DNA of 64,000 nucleotides from Octopus vulgaris (taxonomy: Eukaryota), in contig OX597820.1 in assembly GCA_951406725.2 (NCBI GenBank), forward strand, positions 45,198,001 through 45,262,000. The letters are read 5' to 3'. The position numbers and the translations under genes were made by a program. The notes beneath the pieces are model-generated. The model saw nothing but the letters and a program-made list of their open reading frames with translations. It searched no databases and had not been told where the DNA came from. Below are positions 48,498 through 63,340 of this stretch, one piece after another. Numbering within the stretch: position 1 is the stretch's first letter; every line of letters begins with the position of its first letter.

Positions 48498-49340
48498 TAG
48501 TTTAAAAATCCGTGAGTCAGAAAAAAAACAGACACTCATATATTGGTCAATAGTCATCAGAAAAGACTGAAAGGAATAGTACGGTATGAGTTCTATGTCA
48601 CTAGGGACCTGAAAGAGTCGCCTCCGGTCGGTAGGTCTTACAGCTATAAAAAAAAAACAAAAAAAGAAAACAAAAAAAAACCTAAAAGAACTAAAGGAAA
48701 TTTGGGGGAAATAGTTTCGTTCAAATCACAAGGATAAAAATTATTTAGCTCCTTGGAGTTATGCCCCTTAGACTCGGACAAGCAGGGCCGCTGGAGTATA
48801 AAAGATATTTGCCTGTAGGGTAGCATTGGGGCTGGAGTGAAAGTAGAAGTTGTAGTAGTGCTGATGGGCGATGAGTAGTGATGGGCGATGATGGGGGAAG
48901 GATTAAGCTTAAAATCATTGGCTGTTATTATTATTTATTCTTTTACTTGTTTAAGTCTTTTGACTGCGGCCATGCAGGAGCACCGCCTTGGAGGGTTTAA
49001 GTCGAACAAATAAACCCCAGGACTTATTTTCAGCCTAGTACTTACTCAATTAGTCATAAATACAGCGACACCGGTTGTCAAGCGGTGAAGGGGGACAGAG
49101 ACACACACCGAGATACATACATATATATAATGTATGTATGTATGTATGTATGTATGTATGTATGTATGTATGTCATTACATCCACCCCAGCGTTTCATTG
49201 GTACTTATTTAATCGACCTCGAAAGGATGAAAAGCTAAGTCGACCTCGGCGGTACTTGAACTCAGAACGTATGGGCGTGCGAAGTGCTGCTCAGCGTTTT
49301 GCCCGGCGTGCTCACGATTCTGCCAGCTCGCCGCCTTAAT

Positions 49341-49391
<51 letters not shown>

Positions 49392-50067
49392 CTTTCTTTC
49401 TTTCTCCCCCCTCTCTCTGACACACACACGCATACACATACACGCACACACGCGCGCGTACCACGCATAAATACATTATTATCATTATTTTATGCATTCA
49501 TATGCAGTAATCAACAGAGACAAACACGCCATGCAACACTCAAGCGCAGACTCCTCTGTCATAACACTGACCAAAAGGTCAGAAGCCATTTCGCTTTTAC
49601 GAGATTATGTTTAATTCACCTTAAACAGCAAGTTACTTTAATATCATCACGTATTCATAATTATATTAAGGTTAAAAGCTACGAAAATATTGTACTTCTC
49701 TAACATGACAATATTACCCAATTCTTGAATTCTACATCGAAGTTCATGCATTAAATTACCGTTTTTTTTAATGATGAATTGTATATAATTTACTTTCTAT
49801 GTTAGATAATTAGTATGTGTAGTTTAGTCAATGGACTTTCTTGCTTACCCAGAGACTACAGCCCGATGTGTGTGTCCGTACATGTATGATGTGTAAGATT
49901 TAAGCATACGGTGGGCTTCTTTCAGTTTCTGTCCATCAAATCCACTCAAAGGTTTTGGTTGGCCCGAGGCTATCGTAGAAGACATTTGGTCAAAGTGCGA
50001 AGCAGTGGGACTGAACCCAGAACCATGTGGTTGGTAAGCAAGCTTCTTACCACACAGCTACTCCTGC

Positions 50068-50176
<109 letters not shown>

Positions 50177-51144
50177 GTATGTATATATATAAGCTAGTTT
50201 TCTCTAAAATGTTTCGGTTTTTTATAATTCAAAGCATTTTAGCGTTCTCGTGCAGTGTCTGACATTTGAACTCGCAAACGTCTTCTATGAGTTATCTTTG
50301 AAATCTAAACTCCTAATATATAAATTATGATGATGATGATGATGATGATATATAATATAATGTTGATCCAAAGCGGAACTTCACAGATGAATGACAGGCA
50401 ATACATTTTAAAAGAAATATGCTTTTTATTACTTGGGATCTGTTCCATTTGAGAAGAAACTACGTGATTTGAATTGTTTTAAGAGGTTTCGGTTGTAAAA
50501 TTGTTATGAAAGTAGATATGTGGCCGGGTGACAGGGAAGAAGGGAGGAAGAGAGTGGATTAGAGGAGTGGTGGTAAAAAAGGAGAAAGATAGGCATAAAG
50601 AATTGAACTAAGAGACTTGTTTTGCCGTGTATTTAATTCACAGGTCTTTATGATATTGGTGGAAGGTATTTTACAGTTTCTGATGTAAGGGAGGTTACTC
50701 TAAGGGTTTAATATAATTTTGGCACACAGCCAACTATTTTGAGGGGCAGAGGCAAGTCTATTACATTGACCCCCGTACTCAACTTGTACTTATTTTATTC
50801 GACTCTGAGAGAATACATGGCAAAGAAAATAAGGAGCTGTGAGAATAGCCGCTAAGCATTTTGACCAGCGTGGTAAGATTCTACCCGCTCTCTGCCTTTA
50901 CAGGTATTCAATGTGGTTTCAAATTTTGGCACAAAGCCAACAAGTTTGGGGAAGGATGTGAGTCGATTACATTGATCCCAATGCTCAACTGGTACTTATA
51001 TCACCCCAAAAGGATCAAAGGCGAAGTCGACCTCGGAGAAATTTGAACTCAGAACATAAAGACGAACGAAATGCCGCTAAGCAACTCGTCCGGCGTGCTA
51101 GCGATTCTTCCAGCTCACCGCCTTAATAATATTATTGTAAAGCT

Positions 51145-51277
51145 CATCCACTGAGAAATGTGGATTTCCGTCATGATACAAGTGGTATGAGCAAGCACCG
51201 GAGAAAGTGACTGAAAATGAAGAGGTTAAACTGCTTTGTGATTTTCCAATCCAAATGAATCATGTCCTAGAGCATAG
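51145..51277 (+). mobile_element. Short REL-type LINE fragment
   Basis: KWYEQAPEKVTENEEVKLLCDFPIQMNHVLEHR. Confidence 0.7.
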
Positions 51278-53482
51278 GTTCTCAAACGTAAAGACGGACG
51301 AAATGCCTCTAAGCATTTTATCCGGCGTGCAAACGATTCTATCAGCACGCCGCCTTACAAGCGTTTAATATTAAGATAAAACAAAATTAAACAAAACAAA
51401 GCAATCGATTATGATGTAAAGGAATTATACAAATAAACAGTTAACGGAGTGAATATGGCTTCATATTTCTACAAGAAATATGAAGCCATGTTTGAAAACA
51501 AAATAAAATTATTTTGAATTATGGTCCAAGATATCTGTCGGAGATGGAACAAAATTTCTAGTTTTTACATACTGCTTTACTCCTTTGTGCATAATTCGCA
51601 GAATATCGGGCGATTTTTGCCGCATGTTTCAGAATTTTGTTATTGATGTCGAAGTTGTTTCAAAACCTATTTGTATTTTAACGAAGTGGTGTCTTATGTG
51701 TAACTGGATTCTGGAAATTATGTGTATGTATATGTTGGTTATATCGAGTTTTCAACAAAATACAATAAGTAAACTATTTTATTGTAAACCACTTCGTTAA
51801 GGCTTTGTTGAATATTACTCTAAAAAAAAGCTGAATCTTCTGAGTATCTCGCATACTAAGTTACATATTGTATAAATCCAGTCTCATGTAACTTAGAAGG
51901 TCGATATCTAACAACTGCCATTGTCTATGATGCTGATATGAGACTAGAAAATGTGTCAATAACGAAACATTATATTGGTTTAACACCTCCCTGGTTTAAA
52001 CTGCATTTTAATGAACAAACACACACACACTCATACATCTTTCAGAACACAAACAAACATACTGCTACCACTTTGTCATGGCACATTTGGGATTCGAAGG
52101 CCATGCATAAATATTGAAATGACTTGGAAAATTTAAGATATGCATCAAAATATGACCAAGTTTTGAGATCCTGAGATTATGAACAAGTGAATAAGTAGAA
52201 ATGTTGTTCTATCCTGCGAACATCTTGAGCTGCAATTCAGATTTAATATATTATTGCGGACACAGACTTCATATTTATTGCAGATCTATTTATGTGAAAC
52301 TATTATTTAGACTATACACTGTTTATTTAAATTACAGTCAATTAAAATATGTTAACCTTTAGGGAAATCTCCCTTGCGCTGTAAACTGTAAGACCTGCAA
52401 TATATACATTTCTATAAAGTTAACACCCTGCTTCACTCCTATCTTACACCTTCTACTCTTCACTCTTACATTCTTCTTTTCAAGCACTATTTTTCTTTAT
52501 CCTCTCCCTCCACCTCATATCATAGCGTATTTTTTATTCGAAATCACTCATACTCAATTTATACAATTATTCCTCAAATGAGACACCTCACAATCAATCA
52601 AAACACGTGTTTATTTTCAAATAGTTTATGATTTTGTGAAAGTTTTCCGTCTAATTACTACTGATAGATGTGCTAAGAGGTCAAATACAGAGTTGTGCTA
52701 GCAAAATCTCCGCTTCGATTACATTTTATGCAACTTTACACTCGTTTTTGTGAAATGTTTCGCGTGTACTTGGTCATTCATCAAATATGATCCAAAATAA
52801 ATGAATTTCCTTTCTCCCTTGTAAGATTAAAGCTTCTTATCTGAGAGATGAATGTCAGCAAGTCTCTCAAGTGAAATAGTATTGCAGCTGTCCAGTCTAC
52901 GGCAGACGTATAGTTAGATTCCGTGGATGACTTTGTGGACTTTTTTTTTCTGTCTGTCTAACCTGATATTTTATGAGTCATTATTCATAACTACATTTAA
53001 AGCGGCGAGCTTGCAGAATCTTTCGCCCGCCGACCCGAATGCTTAGCGGTATTTCATCTATCTTTACGTTTCAAGTTCAAATTCCACCGAGTTCATTGCC
53101 TTTCATCCTTTTCGGGATTGATAAAACGAGATCCAGTTGAATACTGAGGATGATATGAAATTACTGGCCTTGTGCCAAAATTTGAAAGTATTATTTATAA
53201 CTACATTTGTATTTGAACTACTACATGAAGAAAAAAAGACTTCATTTCAAATTTCCCAATGCTTCAAATCACGACTCCAAAACATATTCGCTCCAGAAAA
53301 AACAAACAAACAAACATATATTCATGTATGTATACATATATATGTACGTGTGTGTATATATATATATATGTGTGTGTGTGTGTATTCATGCGTGCGTATG
53401 TGTGTATGCTTGAGTTTGTGTGAAGACAGTGTATTCATGCTACGACATGCATTCCATTAAGTGTTCCACATTTCTTTCCCAG

Positions 53483-53747
53483 GATGGTTCTACTGTCCAG
53501 ATTGCGATGAAGACTGTCCGCCACCCTACTACGAAGACGCTCAGGCAGTGTCCGACGCAAGAGCCAAAGCTGTGATCACCATGAAGGAAACATTGGCCAT
53601 ACACCAGCCAGAGAGTTCAATACAGAGTGGAAAAGATTTTTACGAAGAACGACCAGTTGAACCCGGTCGAGTGTTGCGAGTGTTGAATTCCGATGTGGTG
53701 AAAGGGAAACACTTGAAACAGCTGAAACAATATCAGAATAAAACAAG
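53483..53747 (+). CDS. CABIT-domain protein, coding exon 2
   Basis: Acceptor tttctttcccag joins in phase to give IPEDYDG-WF; contains VEPGRVLRV; donor AG|GTAAAT (phase 2). Confidence 0.88.
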
Positions 53748-54661
53748 GTAAATATGATATATCACTTTAAATTATGGTATCAGTTATAAGAACAACACCT
53801 TAATCCTTAGGCCCTAGGTTCGATTCCTGGACGGGGCGGCACGTTGTGTCCTTGACCAAAGCATATCACTTCATTTTGCTCCAGTTTACTCAGCTGAAAA
53901 TAAATACCAGCCGAATGCAGGCACGGTTCTCTCTCTCTCTCCCTCTCTCTGTTCCTCCTTTCTCTCCCCTCCCCAATCTCACTCTCTCTCTTTCTCTCCC
54001 CTTCCTTCCTCTCTCTCCCTCCAGCCTTCATGTTCCCGATGTTTCGTTGGTTCACGAGACTGTGTCTATATCTGCTCGCAATTACACAGGCACCAAAAAC
54101 AATTAGCGAAAGCATGGTGCACGCTGCCAGGTCATACTCGCTTGTATTGATAGTCAGATGTAATAATGAATCAGTTGAGTTGGTGGTGTTGATGGTGGTG
54201 GTGATGGCGGTGGTGGTGGTGATAGTGAGGTATTAGTGATGTTGTTGTTGGTGGTGATGGTAGTAGTGGTGGTTGTAATGGTAATGGTGGTGATGGTGGT
54301 TGTGGTGGTGGTGGTGATGTCGTTTAGCTCTCGATCGTTTCTGGTCATCTTGCCTCTCCATTTACATTATTCAATGCAGACGTCTTTTTTAAATGACGGA
54401 TGATAGGGTGTGATTTGAGGGAGGTTTGGCTGCTATTTTGTAACAGTGCTGCTATGATTGAGTAAAATCATATAGGCCCGGGGTTATTTTTGCACTTCTA
54501 CTCTTTTACTTGCTTAAGCCATTGGACTACGACCATACTGGGTCACTGCATTTAAGGATTTAGTCGATAATATCAACCTCAGTACTTATTTTAGCGAATT
54601 CTATTTTTCAAGCCGATAAATTACGTATATAAAAAAAAAGTATCGTTCGTTAAGCGATGTA

Positions 54662-55413
54662 TGTGGTCTGATCAATAAGTATCCGGACTGTTGCCATAAT
54701 AACGAAGCTGAAGCACATAGAGTGAAGCCGCTTGGCACAGCTTGAACTCTGCTGTGCATGTGCACTACATTTTAACGTTCTAGCCCACCTCCCCTGTTTA
54801 CAGCAGTGCTTAGAAGGAAGGTGTGTAGCGTGTGTTCTGCAACTGAAACCCCCGAATGTCTTTTTGGTCAGCTGAAATCAGTTTTCGCACAAACTTGGCA
54901 GACACGCGTCTCATGCCCAAATCTTAAGTGATAATGGACTGAACTGAACTATAACTAATCTGCGCATTCTCTGATAACTCACGGATGGTGATTCGACGAT
55001 TTTCCCTCACAGCTGCACGCATATCTGTGATGTTTTTCTCAGTTCTGTTGGTTGCGGGTCTCCCAGAATGTTCGTGAGTATCGACAATTTTTTCGGCCAT
55101 CATGGAAGCGTCTGAACCACTCGTAAACTTGAGTGCGGGTCATGCACTCCACTCCATATACTTTCTGCAACTTTTCGTAGGCCTCTGAGCAGGTATCGCC
55201 ATGACAACTTTCTCAGCCATGGTCAATGCGACGGTCACACGCTACGCACCTTACTTCCAAGCGCTTCTGTAAATAGCCGAAGTGAGCTAAAACGTTAAAA
55301 CTTAGTGCGCACGCACAGCAGAGTCCAAGGTCTATCTTTGCCGAGCGGCTTCACTGTGCGTGTTTAGCCTCGTTACTATGGCAACAGTCCGGATACTTAT
55401 TGATCAGACCTAG
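54662..55413 (-). mobile_element. mariner deletion derivative with long (~170 bp) TIRs
   Basis: ggtctgatcaataagtatccggactgttgccat TIRs; internal HTH remnant RTQVYEWFRRF...SGRP...LGMRRVSAKFV. Confidence 0.9.
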
Positions 55414-55800
55414 TAAACGTGAAAACACACTCATGTACATTCCGAGTTCAAACTCTGCTGAGGCCAACTTTACCGTTCATCCTTCCGAGGTCGATAAAAT
55501 AGAGTGCCACTCAAATACTGAGGTTTATGCAATCGACGGACTGCCGCCCCTTAAAACTGCCAGTCTTGTGTCTAAACCATAAGCCATTGTTAGAAATACA
55601 GTGCGATGAGAAAATTTGACCTTGGTCAGTAAGTCTTGAGCTTTAACGACTCAAACTGCCAGTTACTTTTATGTCAAAAGGACCGATACTGAGGTGATTG
55701 ATGTGGTTAAAAATGATTGTAAACCATATTTCAATACATTTGATATTTGAATTTTTTTTCCAGAAAATAATTCCTGTTCTTTTGCTTTTATTACTTTCAG

Positions 55801-56440
55801 ATTTTTGAAATGCTTCAGTGAAAGTAAAGATATCCTCCTGATTCCGTTTTCATCCAACACTGGCTTTTGTGAGCTTCCTCTTGATGGCCCAGACAGTAAA
55901 AAATATTTAACGATGAAGAATATAATTGAACGTGAAGACTTTCCATTCCGATTAAATTTAGTATGTGGTAATCTACCGCCAATTCTTGATACTTTTGTCG
56001 GAGTAGTTACGGCTAAAAGGGTAATCAAAGAATGCACAGTATTAGCTTCTACCCTGAGTAGTAGCGATCCTTTATTGTTAGAATTAAAACTTGATTCCCC
56101 TGTACGTTTTTCTCTAGCTTTGAATAATCTAGACCTTCAACAGCGCGATGACTACTTAGAAGCCCTTCACGTTTGCAATAGCGAAGGAGAAAGCTATCTG
56201 CAGAATATGAAAGTTGCATTTCAAGTTTACCCAGATGTTTCAAATTTAAGCGAAGACAACAAAGATTGTGAAGAGAACTCCAGCATCACCAGAACTGATT
56301 CTATTGGGTTATTTTCTGAAATATCAGACGAGTTCTCCGTTGAAGACTGGGAACAGGACAAAAAAGACAATTCCCTATCGAGCAATTTAGCTACAGAAAA
56401 AGAGTTAAAATCTGCACCGCACAGTGAAACATTCGTTTGA
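55801..56440 (+). CDS. CABIT-domain protein, terminal coding exon (spliced total 1215 nt, 404 aa)
   Basis: Acceptor ttactttcag is phase-compatible, giving RFLKC...IPFSSNTGF...FPFRLNLVCG, then an acidic tail and TGA. Confidence 0.9.
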
Positions 56441-56589
56441 CTTAGCAAATTGTCTAATTGGTATTTAATTCACTATCAGTATTATCAATCTATTTGATAA
56501 GTTGGTTAATTAATTTATACATGTAATTGATATTGATCAGGTCATCAAATATCTAAATAACTAACCTTTTATTCACCAACTGGTTACAT

Positions 56590-56652
<63 letters not shown>

Positions 56653-58271
56653 TGCTCATATAATACTGTGAACATTTAGTTTTGGATACTAATAAAAATT
56701 TATTATGGTTTAAAGAAAACTAATGAACCACATCTTCAACTATTCAAAAAAAGATTCGTATTAATACATATTAAAAAAAATCTCTTGTATCTTACACAAA
56801 CCTTAAAGTTTCATTTTTGTTATGGTCCTAGGTTATGCTTCACTGAGCAAACCAATGACCAAAAGGTATTCCATCCCTGACCGTTCCAATTTTTGAATAC
56901 ATTATTCAATATATCTTTTTTTTAAAAGAGATGTGAGGATGTGATTTGAATGAAATTTGGCGGTAATTTTTAGCAAGTTCTACAACAGATGATTTTTTTA
57001 CGATTTTTTTTACTCTTCGTTGTTATTGTAATTAGGTCAGCTCTGATTGAGCAAATCAAAGACGTTCCAGATGTGATCACCCTAACTTTTATTAACACAT
57101 GTTGTATTCAATATTATCTAAATGTGTCCTTTTCTCTATAATACGGTAGGGTTTGATTCTAGGGAGATTTGGCTGATATTTTAAACCTGTCCGGCGATTA
57201 CAATAACAAACATTTCGTCGGTTGATTTCTGATACTTGTTCGTCTCCGACAAATAGATGAAAGCCACTTCACACCATTTAAGCTGGTTGTGATCGAACAG
57301 ACCCTTGATGGAAGGCGTTCTAATCATTTCCATCCTGATGTTTTTTGTATCGCACGGACTATTTATGTGTGTGTGTAACTTTGATGTCAATCCTGATCCA
57401 GCAGACTGAAGACGTTCCAGTCATGACGACCCCCACCTCACCTCAACAATTAAAACATTTTTTTTTGTATTATACGTAGTGTATCTCAGATTACACGTTC
57501 CAACGTATCTTTTCTTGTTATTGCTGTGGTTTAACTTCCGGCTCAACTCAATCAAAGAAACTTATATAATCAAAACCAGAGACATTCTTACTGTAGAATG
57601 TTCAAGGGTGATGCTAAAAAGAATTGGCTGCTATTTCTACCATGTCGAGCGACAAGATTAATTGACACTCCATAAGCTGGTTTTGACACTCGTTGTTCAA
57701 AAGGATGAAAGTCATTTCGCGACATTTACATTCTGATGTTGGTACTAGCAGCTTGTTCTGTGTGTGCGTATTTCGTTGTACATGGAATACCTTGATAAAT
57801 TGAAGTGGTGTCCCGCACAAAATTTTATTAAAGGTTAAGTCCATTGCTTTCAAAACCGCTATCGAAGATTATTAAACATTAGTTATATGCAGTGAATGGT
57901 AGCAAGTGGTTTGATTGGACACCAGTTTCGATGAAGCATTTCGAACTGATGTGATTGTCTGCCTGGTTTTGCTCTGCATATCACCATACCAAAAGATGGG
58001 AAGTCTAAACGGAAAAATCTCATATATATTTACACATAATCATCTGCCCACACACATATTTATGAGTCTCTCCTCTTTCTATGTATATAATTATTTCAAT
58101 AAAAATACGATTTGTTGTTGCTTAACGTCAGACTAAACGGTGAAGACATATTTACATATTGAATCAAAGGAGAACGTGATCGTATATACAAAAATGAAGT
58201 GTTATCGGGAAACGTGAATTTGTAGCCCAGCGAGTTCTCACGCTTTAATTTCTCTTTTCTCTCTTTTCCTT

Positions 58272-58304
<33 letters not shown>

Positions 58305-58314
58305 TATATGTATA

Positions 58315-58388
<74 letters not shown>

Positions 58389-58759
58389 AACATATTTACA
58401 TACGGATATACATACCTGCTTGCACACTTATTCTTTGTGCTGAGTTCTTTTTTTATTCACCCGCCGATATACACTCTCTTGCACATACAAACATATTCAT
58501 ACATAGGCGCACACGCGATGTGCACGTGCACACCCACATGCTTTTGCTTTCAAATGGGCCTTCGATACAATAAAGTAGTTGAATATTTTGTCGCCATTAA
58601 TCGAAACTTTTTTTTTGTTGAAATCTTTCATAATTCGTAACAAATGAATATCGGATAGCTTTGTAGCATATTGGTAGATACTCCAAGCAAATCTAAATAT
58701 TTTCAGTTGTTGACATCCATCTCAAATTCAACGTTAAAAATTTTTTTTTATTTTGGCTA

Positions 58760-59050
58760 TGTAACTAAGTGGTTAGAGTATTCGGCTCGCGATCGTAAGA
58801 TCGCCAGTTCAATTCCTGGCGGCGCGTCGTGTTCATGAGCACGACGCTTTAGCTCACGTTACTCCAGTCTACTCAGCCGGCAAAATGTGTTGAACCTGTA
58901 ATTCAGTGACACAGAAACTGCCATTCAGTGTTACACTCAGTCTCCCTTGAACTATTTTAAGGGTACACATGTTTGTGGAGTGCTCAGCCACTTGCACATT
59001 AATTTCGGATCAGCTGAACCATTCATCGTCGTAACCGGAGGAATGCCAGT
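58760..59050 (+). mobile_element. Diverged tRNA-derived SINE (family A-related)
   Basis: agtggttagag...gttcaattcctgg head and shared body start. Confidence 0.7.
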
Positions 59051-59323
59051 TTAATACTCTGAAATAAAATCTCTATAAAAAGTATACCTTAATTTCATAC
59101 AAATTCTTTGATTTTGACCGAGGGAACAAAAATATCCTTTGATTGTTGAACAGTTTTCAATGATTCTTTAAATAGTGTTGTCTGTTTATTATGTAAAAAT
59201 CGGACGGAAAAATGGAACCATATGGTTTCAGTTTCTGTCACACTGACAAATGCCTTTTGCTATAGTCCTGGACCGACCGATTCCTTGTGAATGAATTTGG
59301 TTGAAGGAAATTGTGTGGAAACC

Positions 59324-59401
<78 letters not shown>

Positions 59402-59436
59402 CTTGTTATTTGTACACATTGAAAAAGTACATATAC

Positions 59437-59468
<32 letters not shown>

Positions 59469-59686
59469 CCCACAAGGGGCTAAACACAGAGAGGACAAAC
59501 AAGGACAGACAAAGGGATTAAGTCGATTACATCGACCCCAGTGTGTAACTGGTACTTAATTTATCGACCCCGAAAGGATGAAAGGCAAAGTCGACCTCGG
59601 CGGAATTTGAACTCAGAACGTAACGGCAGACGAAATACGGCTATGCATTTCGCCCGGCGTGCTAGCGTTTCTGCCAGCTCGCCCTC

Positions 59687-59722
<36 letters not shown>

Positions 59723-60019
59723 ATATATATATATATATATTTATTTATACACACACACACACGCTTATAAACATATTTTTCGGTCATTTTGTAATGAACA
59801 ATGCTGAAATTGTTGACACCAAAACATGTAGGATTGCAGCTTAGGTCAAAAGGAAATTCTAATATTGCCCCAAGAATTACCTAGACTTAAAGAACTGGAT
59901 GACGTATGAGGACGTTGCGGTATCCGTACTGCAGAAATTAAGGTACATGGAAAGAAAGCTGTTTCATTGTGAAAAGCATCATCTCTAATGTTTGGGTAAA
60001 CTGCACACTTCAACATATG

Positions 60020-61480
60020 TTAAGGGAAACCGTCTGGGTAAACTATGTTTTGCATAAGCCTAGTATTGATAGAGTAACTATACAAGTCATCTGCACTGCT
60101 AACTCGAGAGCATGCGAGAAATAGTTGTCCATGAGAAAAGCAGGGTATTTGTAAATCGAGACCCACAATTTTTAAAGTTTGACCCTGGGCTTTATTGATT
60201 GCCATAGCGAAGCATAATCGCAATGGGAACTGGAGACGCTTGAACTGAAATGACATATTTGAGTGAATAAAGGGCATGCGTGGAATGTATGCGATCGCTC
60301 CTCGATGAGCCGGCAATAATGGTTGCTTGTAGGACATGACTTGTCATTGTAATTGCAGTCAATCTTGTACCCTTGAATAGTCGTGGTGGGTCGAAATTCC
60401 TCAAAAGCATGATAGGTGTACCTTTCTTTAGGAAAAAAAACTAATGCGGTGGCAGTCTTGTAGGTTGTAGAGAGTTGAGAAATTCAGCCGGCATAGTCAA
60501 CAGTGACATGTTAGTGGATGGTAGCATCAATGGAGACAAACGTTGAAACATCTACTCTTTTACTCTCTTTTACTTGTTTCAGTCATTTGACTGCGGCCAT
60601 GCTAGAGCACCGACTTTAGTCGAGCAAATCGACCCCGAGACTTATTCTTTGTAAGCCCAGTACTTATTCTATCGGTCTCTTTTGCCGAACCGCTAAGTGA
60701 CGGGGACGTAAACACACCAGCATCGGTTGTCAAGCAATGCTAGGGAGACAAACACAGACACACAAACACATACACACACACACACACATATATATATACA
60801 TATATACGACAGGCTTCTCTCAGTTTCCGTCTACCAAATCCACTCACAAGGCATTGGTCGGCCCGGGGCTATAGCAGAAGACACTTGTCCAAGATGCCAC
60901 GCAGTGGGACTGAACCCGGAACCATGTGGTTGGTTAGCAAGCTACTTACCACACAGCCACTCCTGCGCCTATTCTCCAGGTAGAATGTGGAGTTCATGGT
61001 ATACTTTATCAACGCTTTCATTCTGAGGTGCTAAAATAGCTCTCTCTGCGAACCATGCTATGTTTTTAAAGTTATCTTGCAATGTGGGAAATATCTTTTC
61101 TTGAAGCTCAGCTGTTGCAGGGTGTTATTCAACGGTAAAGTGCCATTTCTAATTAGTAGAAGTTGATGAAAGAATTCCTCAGCCATTATGCTGAGCTCGC
61201 ATAATGTAGCTTAATGAAAGCTGATGAACAAGCCTCCACAGAGGTGAAAACTTCAGACACACATTGATGTCGTCAGCTCGCGTACCCCGTGGTATGACTG
61301 GTAATATTTGATGGAAATCCCCTTCGAGGACAACAGTTAAGCTCCCCATAAAAGAAGTACTGTTTCTAATATCCCTTAGTGACCTATCTTGGGCTTCTAA
61401 TGCACCACGGTGTGCCATCGTACATTCATTCCAGACAATAAGTGTAGTTTAGAGCAGAACTTCCGCTGTCGGTGATCATT
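60020..61480 (-). mobile_element. Helitron PIF1-like helicase pseudogene, interrupted by a SINE
   Basis: IVWNECTMAH, GDFHQILPV, MLLRNFDPPRL and QFPLRLCFAMAINKAQGQTL...FSHGQLFLACSRV motifs. Confidence 0.92.
60553..60970 (-). mobile_element. tRNA-derived SINE (family B) inserted in the Helitron helicase
   Basis: Full-length match to 24037-24429. Confidence 0.92.
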
Positions 61481-63292
61481 TTCAAATATTACACATTTGG
61501 GCATCGCCGAAGTGAGTTTTCTTGAGCACGAATAGAGGTAGTTTTCTTTGCGGCCCTTGTTTGTGGAGATAAATGAGAATGTCTTCGTTTTGGTAGCATG
61601 GCTGAAAAGAGTGAACGATTAAGGAAAATATAAGATGGAAGACATAGCAATTTGAAGTTGTGCATTGTATTATTTTGATTTTTAGTAACGAATGGAAAGA
61701 TGCGGAAAAGTGCATATGTCAATTGGTATACCATTATTTTGAGAAGAAGCGGTAAACTGTGAATGATTTGACAATGCTGTCTTGATAAGCGTAATGTATT
61801 CTCTTAGCTGATATGTAGTGGAATGGATTACTGGTGTAATGGAAGTTATTGTTTGTCCAGAAGTGAAGTGGATGGGGGTAGGGGTACAATTTGCATGAAA
61901 GTGATTTATGTTCTTAAGAAGGATCACAAACTATGTACTGTTTCATGGAATAACGAGGGGTTAATATGATTTTGACTAGAAACCTTGTTTTCAAAATTAT
62001 AATTTCCCCCTCCCCGCCGAAATTCCCTAATTTTTAAACTATTTTTCGAATTTTGTTTTTTATGCACGTAGAAAAATACAGATATTACGAATGTGGGAAA
62101 TATAATTTGATTTGGAAAATTAAATTTTTCTGAAAGAAATACCGAATGCCCCTTCCCCCACCTCGGCCGTGCAAATCTCCTGTATGAAAAACATAGGAAA
62201 GTGAGTAAATTGAGGAAAGAAATACGTGAGATGGGTACGCAAATATCTCGGACATGCTAGAAACAACAGGTAAAGGACAGGGTTTCTGAGATAACTTCCT
62301 TGTAAGTTTAAATGTAAGATCAGGTCTTGAAATAAGCTCCTCACAAACAGGAATGACAGAATAGGAAATGGTAATTTCTATATGATTTGAGCTGTAATTT
62401 AGCGCACAGCAAAAAATAACATAATTCACACAGAACTTAAACTCTGTGTGTGTGTGTGAGGGGGCAAAGGAAGTTATTTTTGCATACCTTTCTTAATTCC
62501 AAAAGAAGGAAATGTAGTGAAGTTGTAATATGTTAACAGCAGAAGGTATCCGTACATTATAATGAGAAATTGAAAGAGATAATGCCTAATTCTACGCACG
62601 CGTGAAACAGGACGAAAGTGAAAATGACCTTAAAATTGTACGACGCGACCTCATTTCTGGGGTTCTCGGCGTCCCCTTCTCTCCTTCTTTCCCCCTTTCT
62701 TTGTGTCGCTTTCTTTCTTCACCTATAGAACATACAGTATCAATTCTGTGTTGGCTTTCTTTCACTTTCAACTGTAGAACGTACATAGGGTATGAAATAT
62801 CAGCGTCTGTCTCTCACCCGCCACGAAGTCGTTCAACTTCTATAGAAGCTTGTTTTCCGTCTCTGTTTCTTTCTCTTGTCTGTCTGTCTGTCTTTTTCTC
62901 ATTCTGCGTTTCACTCGGTCATTCCGTAAAAAGAAGATGTATGTACGTGTGTATGAAATGCACACGCGTGTGTGTGTGTGTGTTAGAGAGGGAGAGAGAG
63001 AGAGAGGGGTCGATAAAATAAGTACCGGTTGAGCAATAGGGTCGATGCAACCGATTTACTTCATTCCCTGAAATTGCTGGTCTTGAGCCAAAAGTTTGAA
63101 TTCAATAATTATAACGGCCTATTGGCACTAAAAGAAGCACGAACAAAGAAAAAAAATCTTCGCATTATTTTCCTCTGATAACGAAGTTTCGATAAGCCAA
63201 AAATATAAACGAGAAACATTATTTGGTAGTATGAATACGAGTGTTTGTGTGTATGCGTGTTTGAGAGTATGCGTCTATCTGTGTTTTCCTAC

Positions 63293-63340
<48 letters not shown>

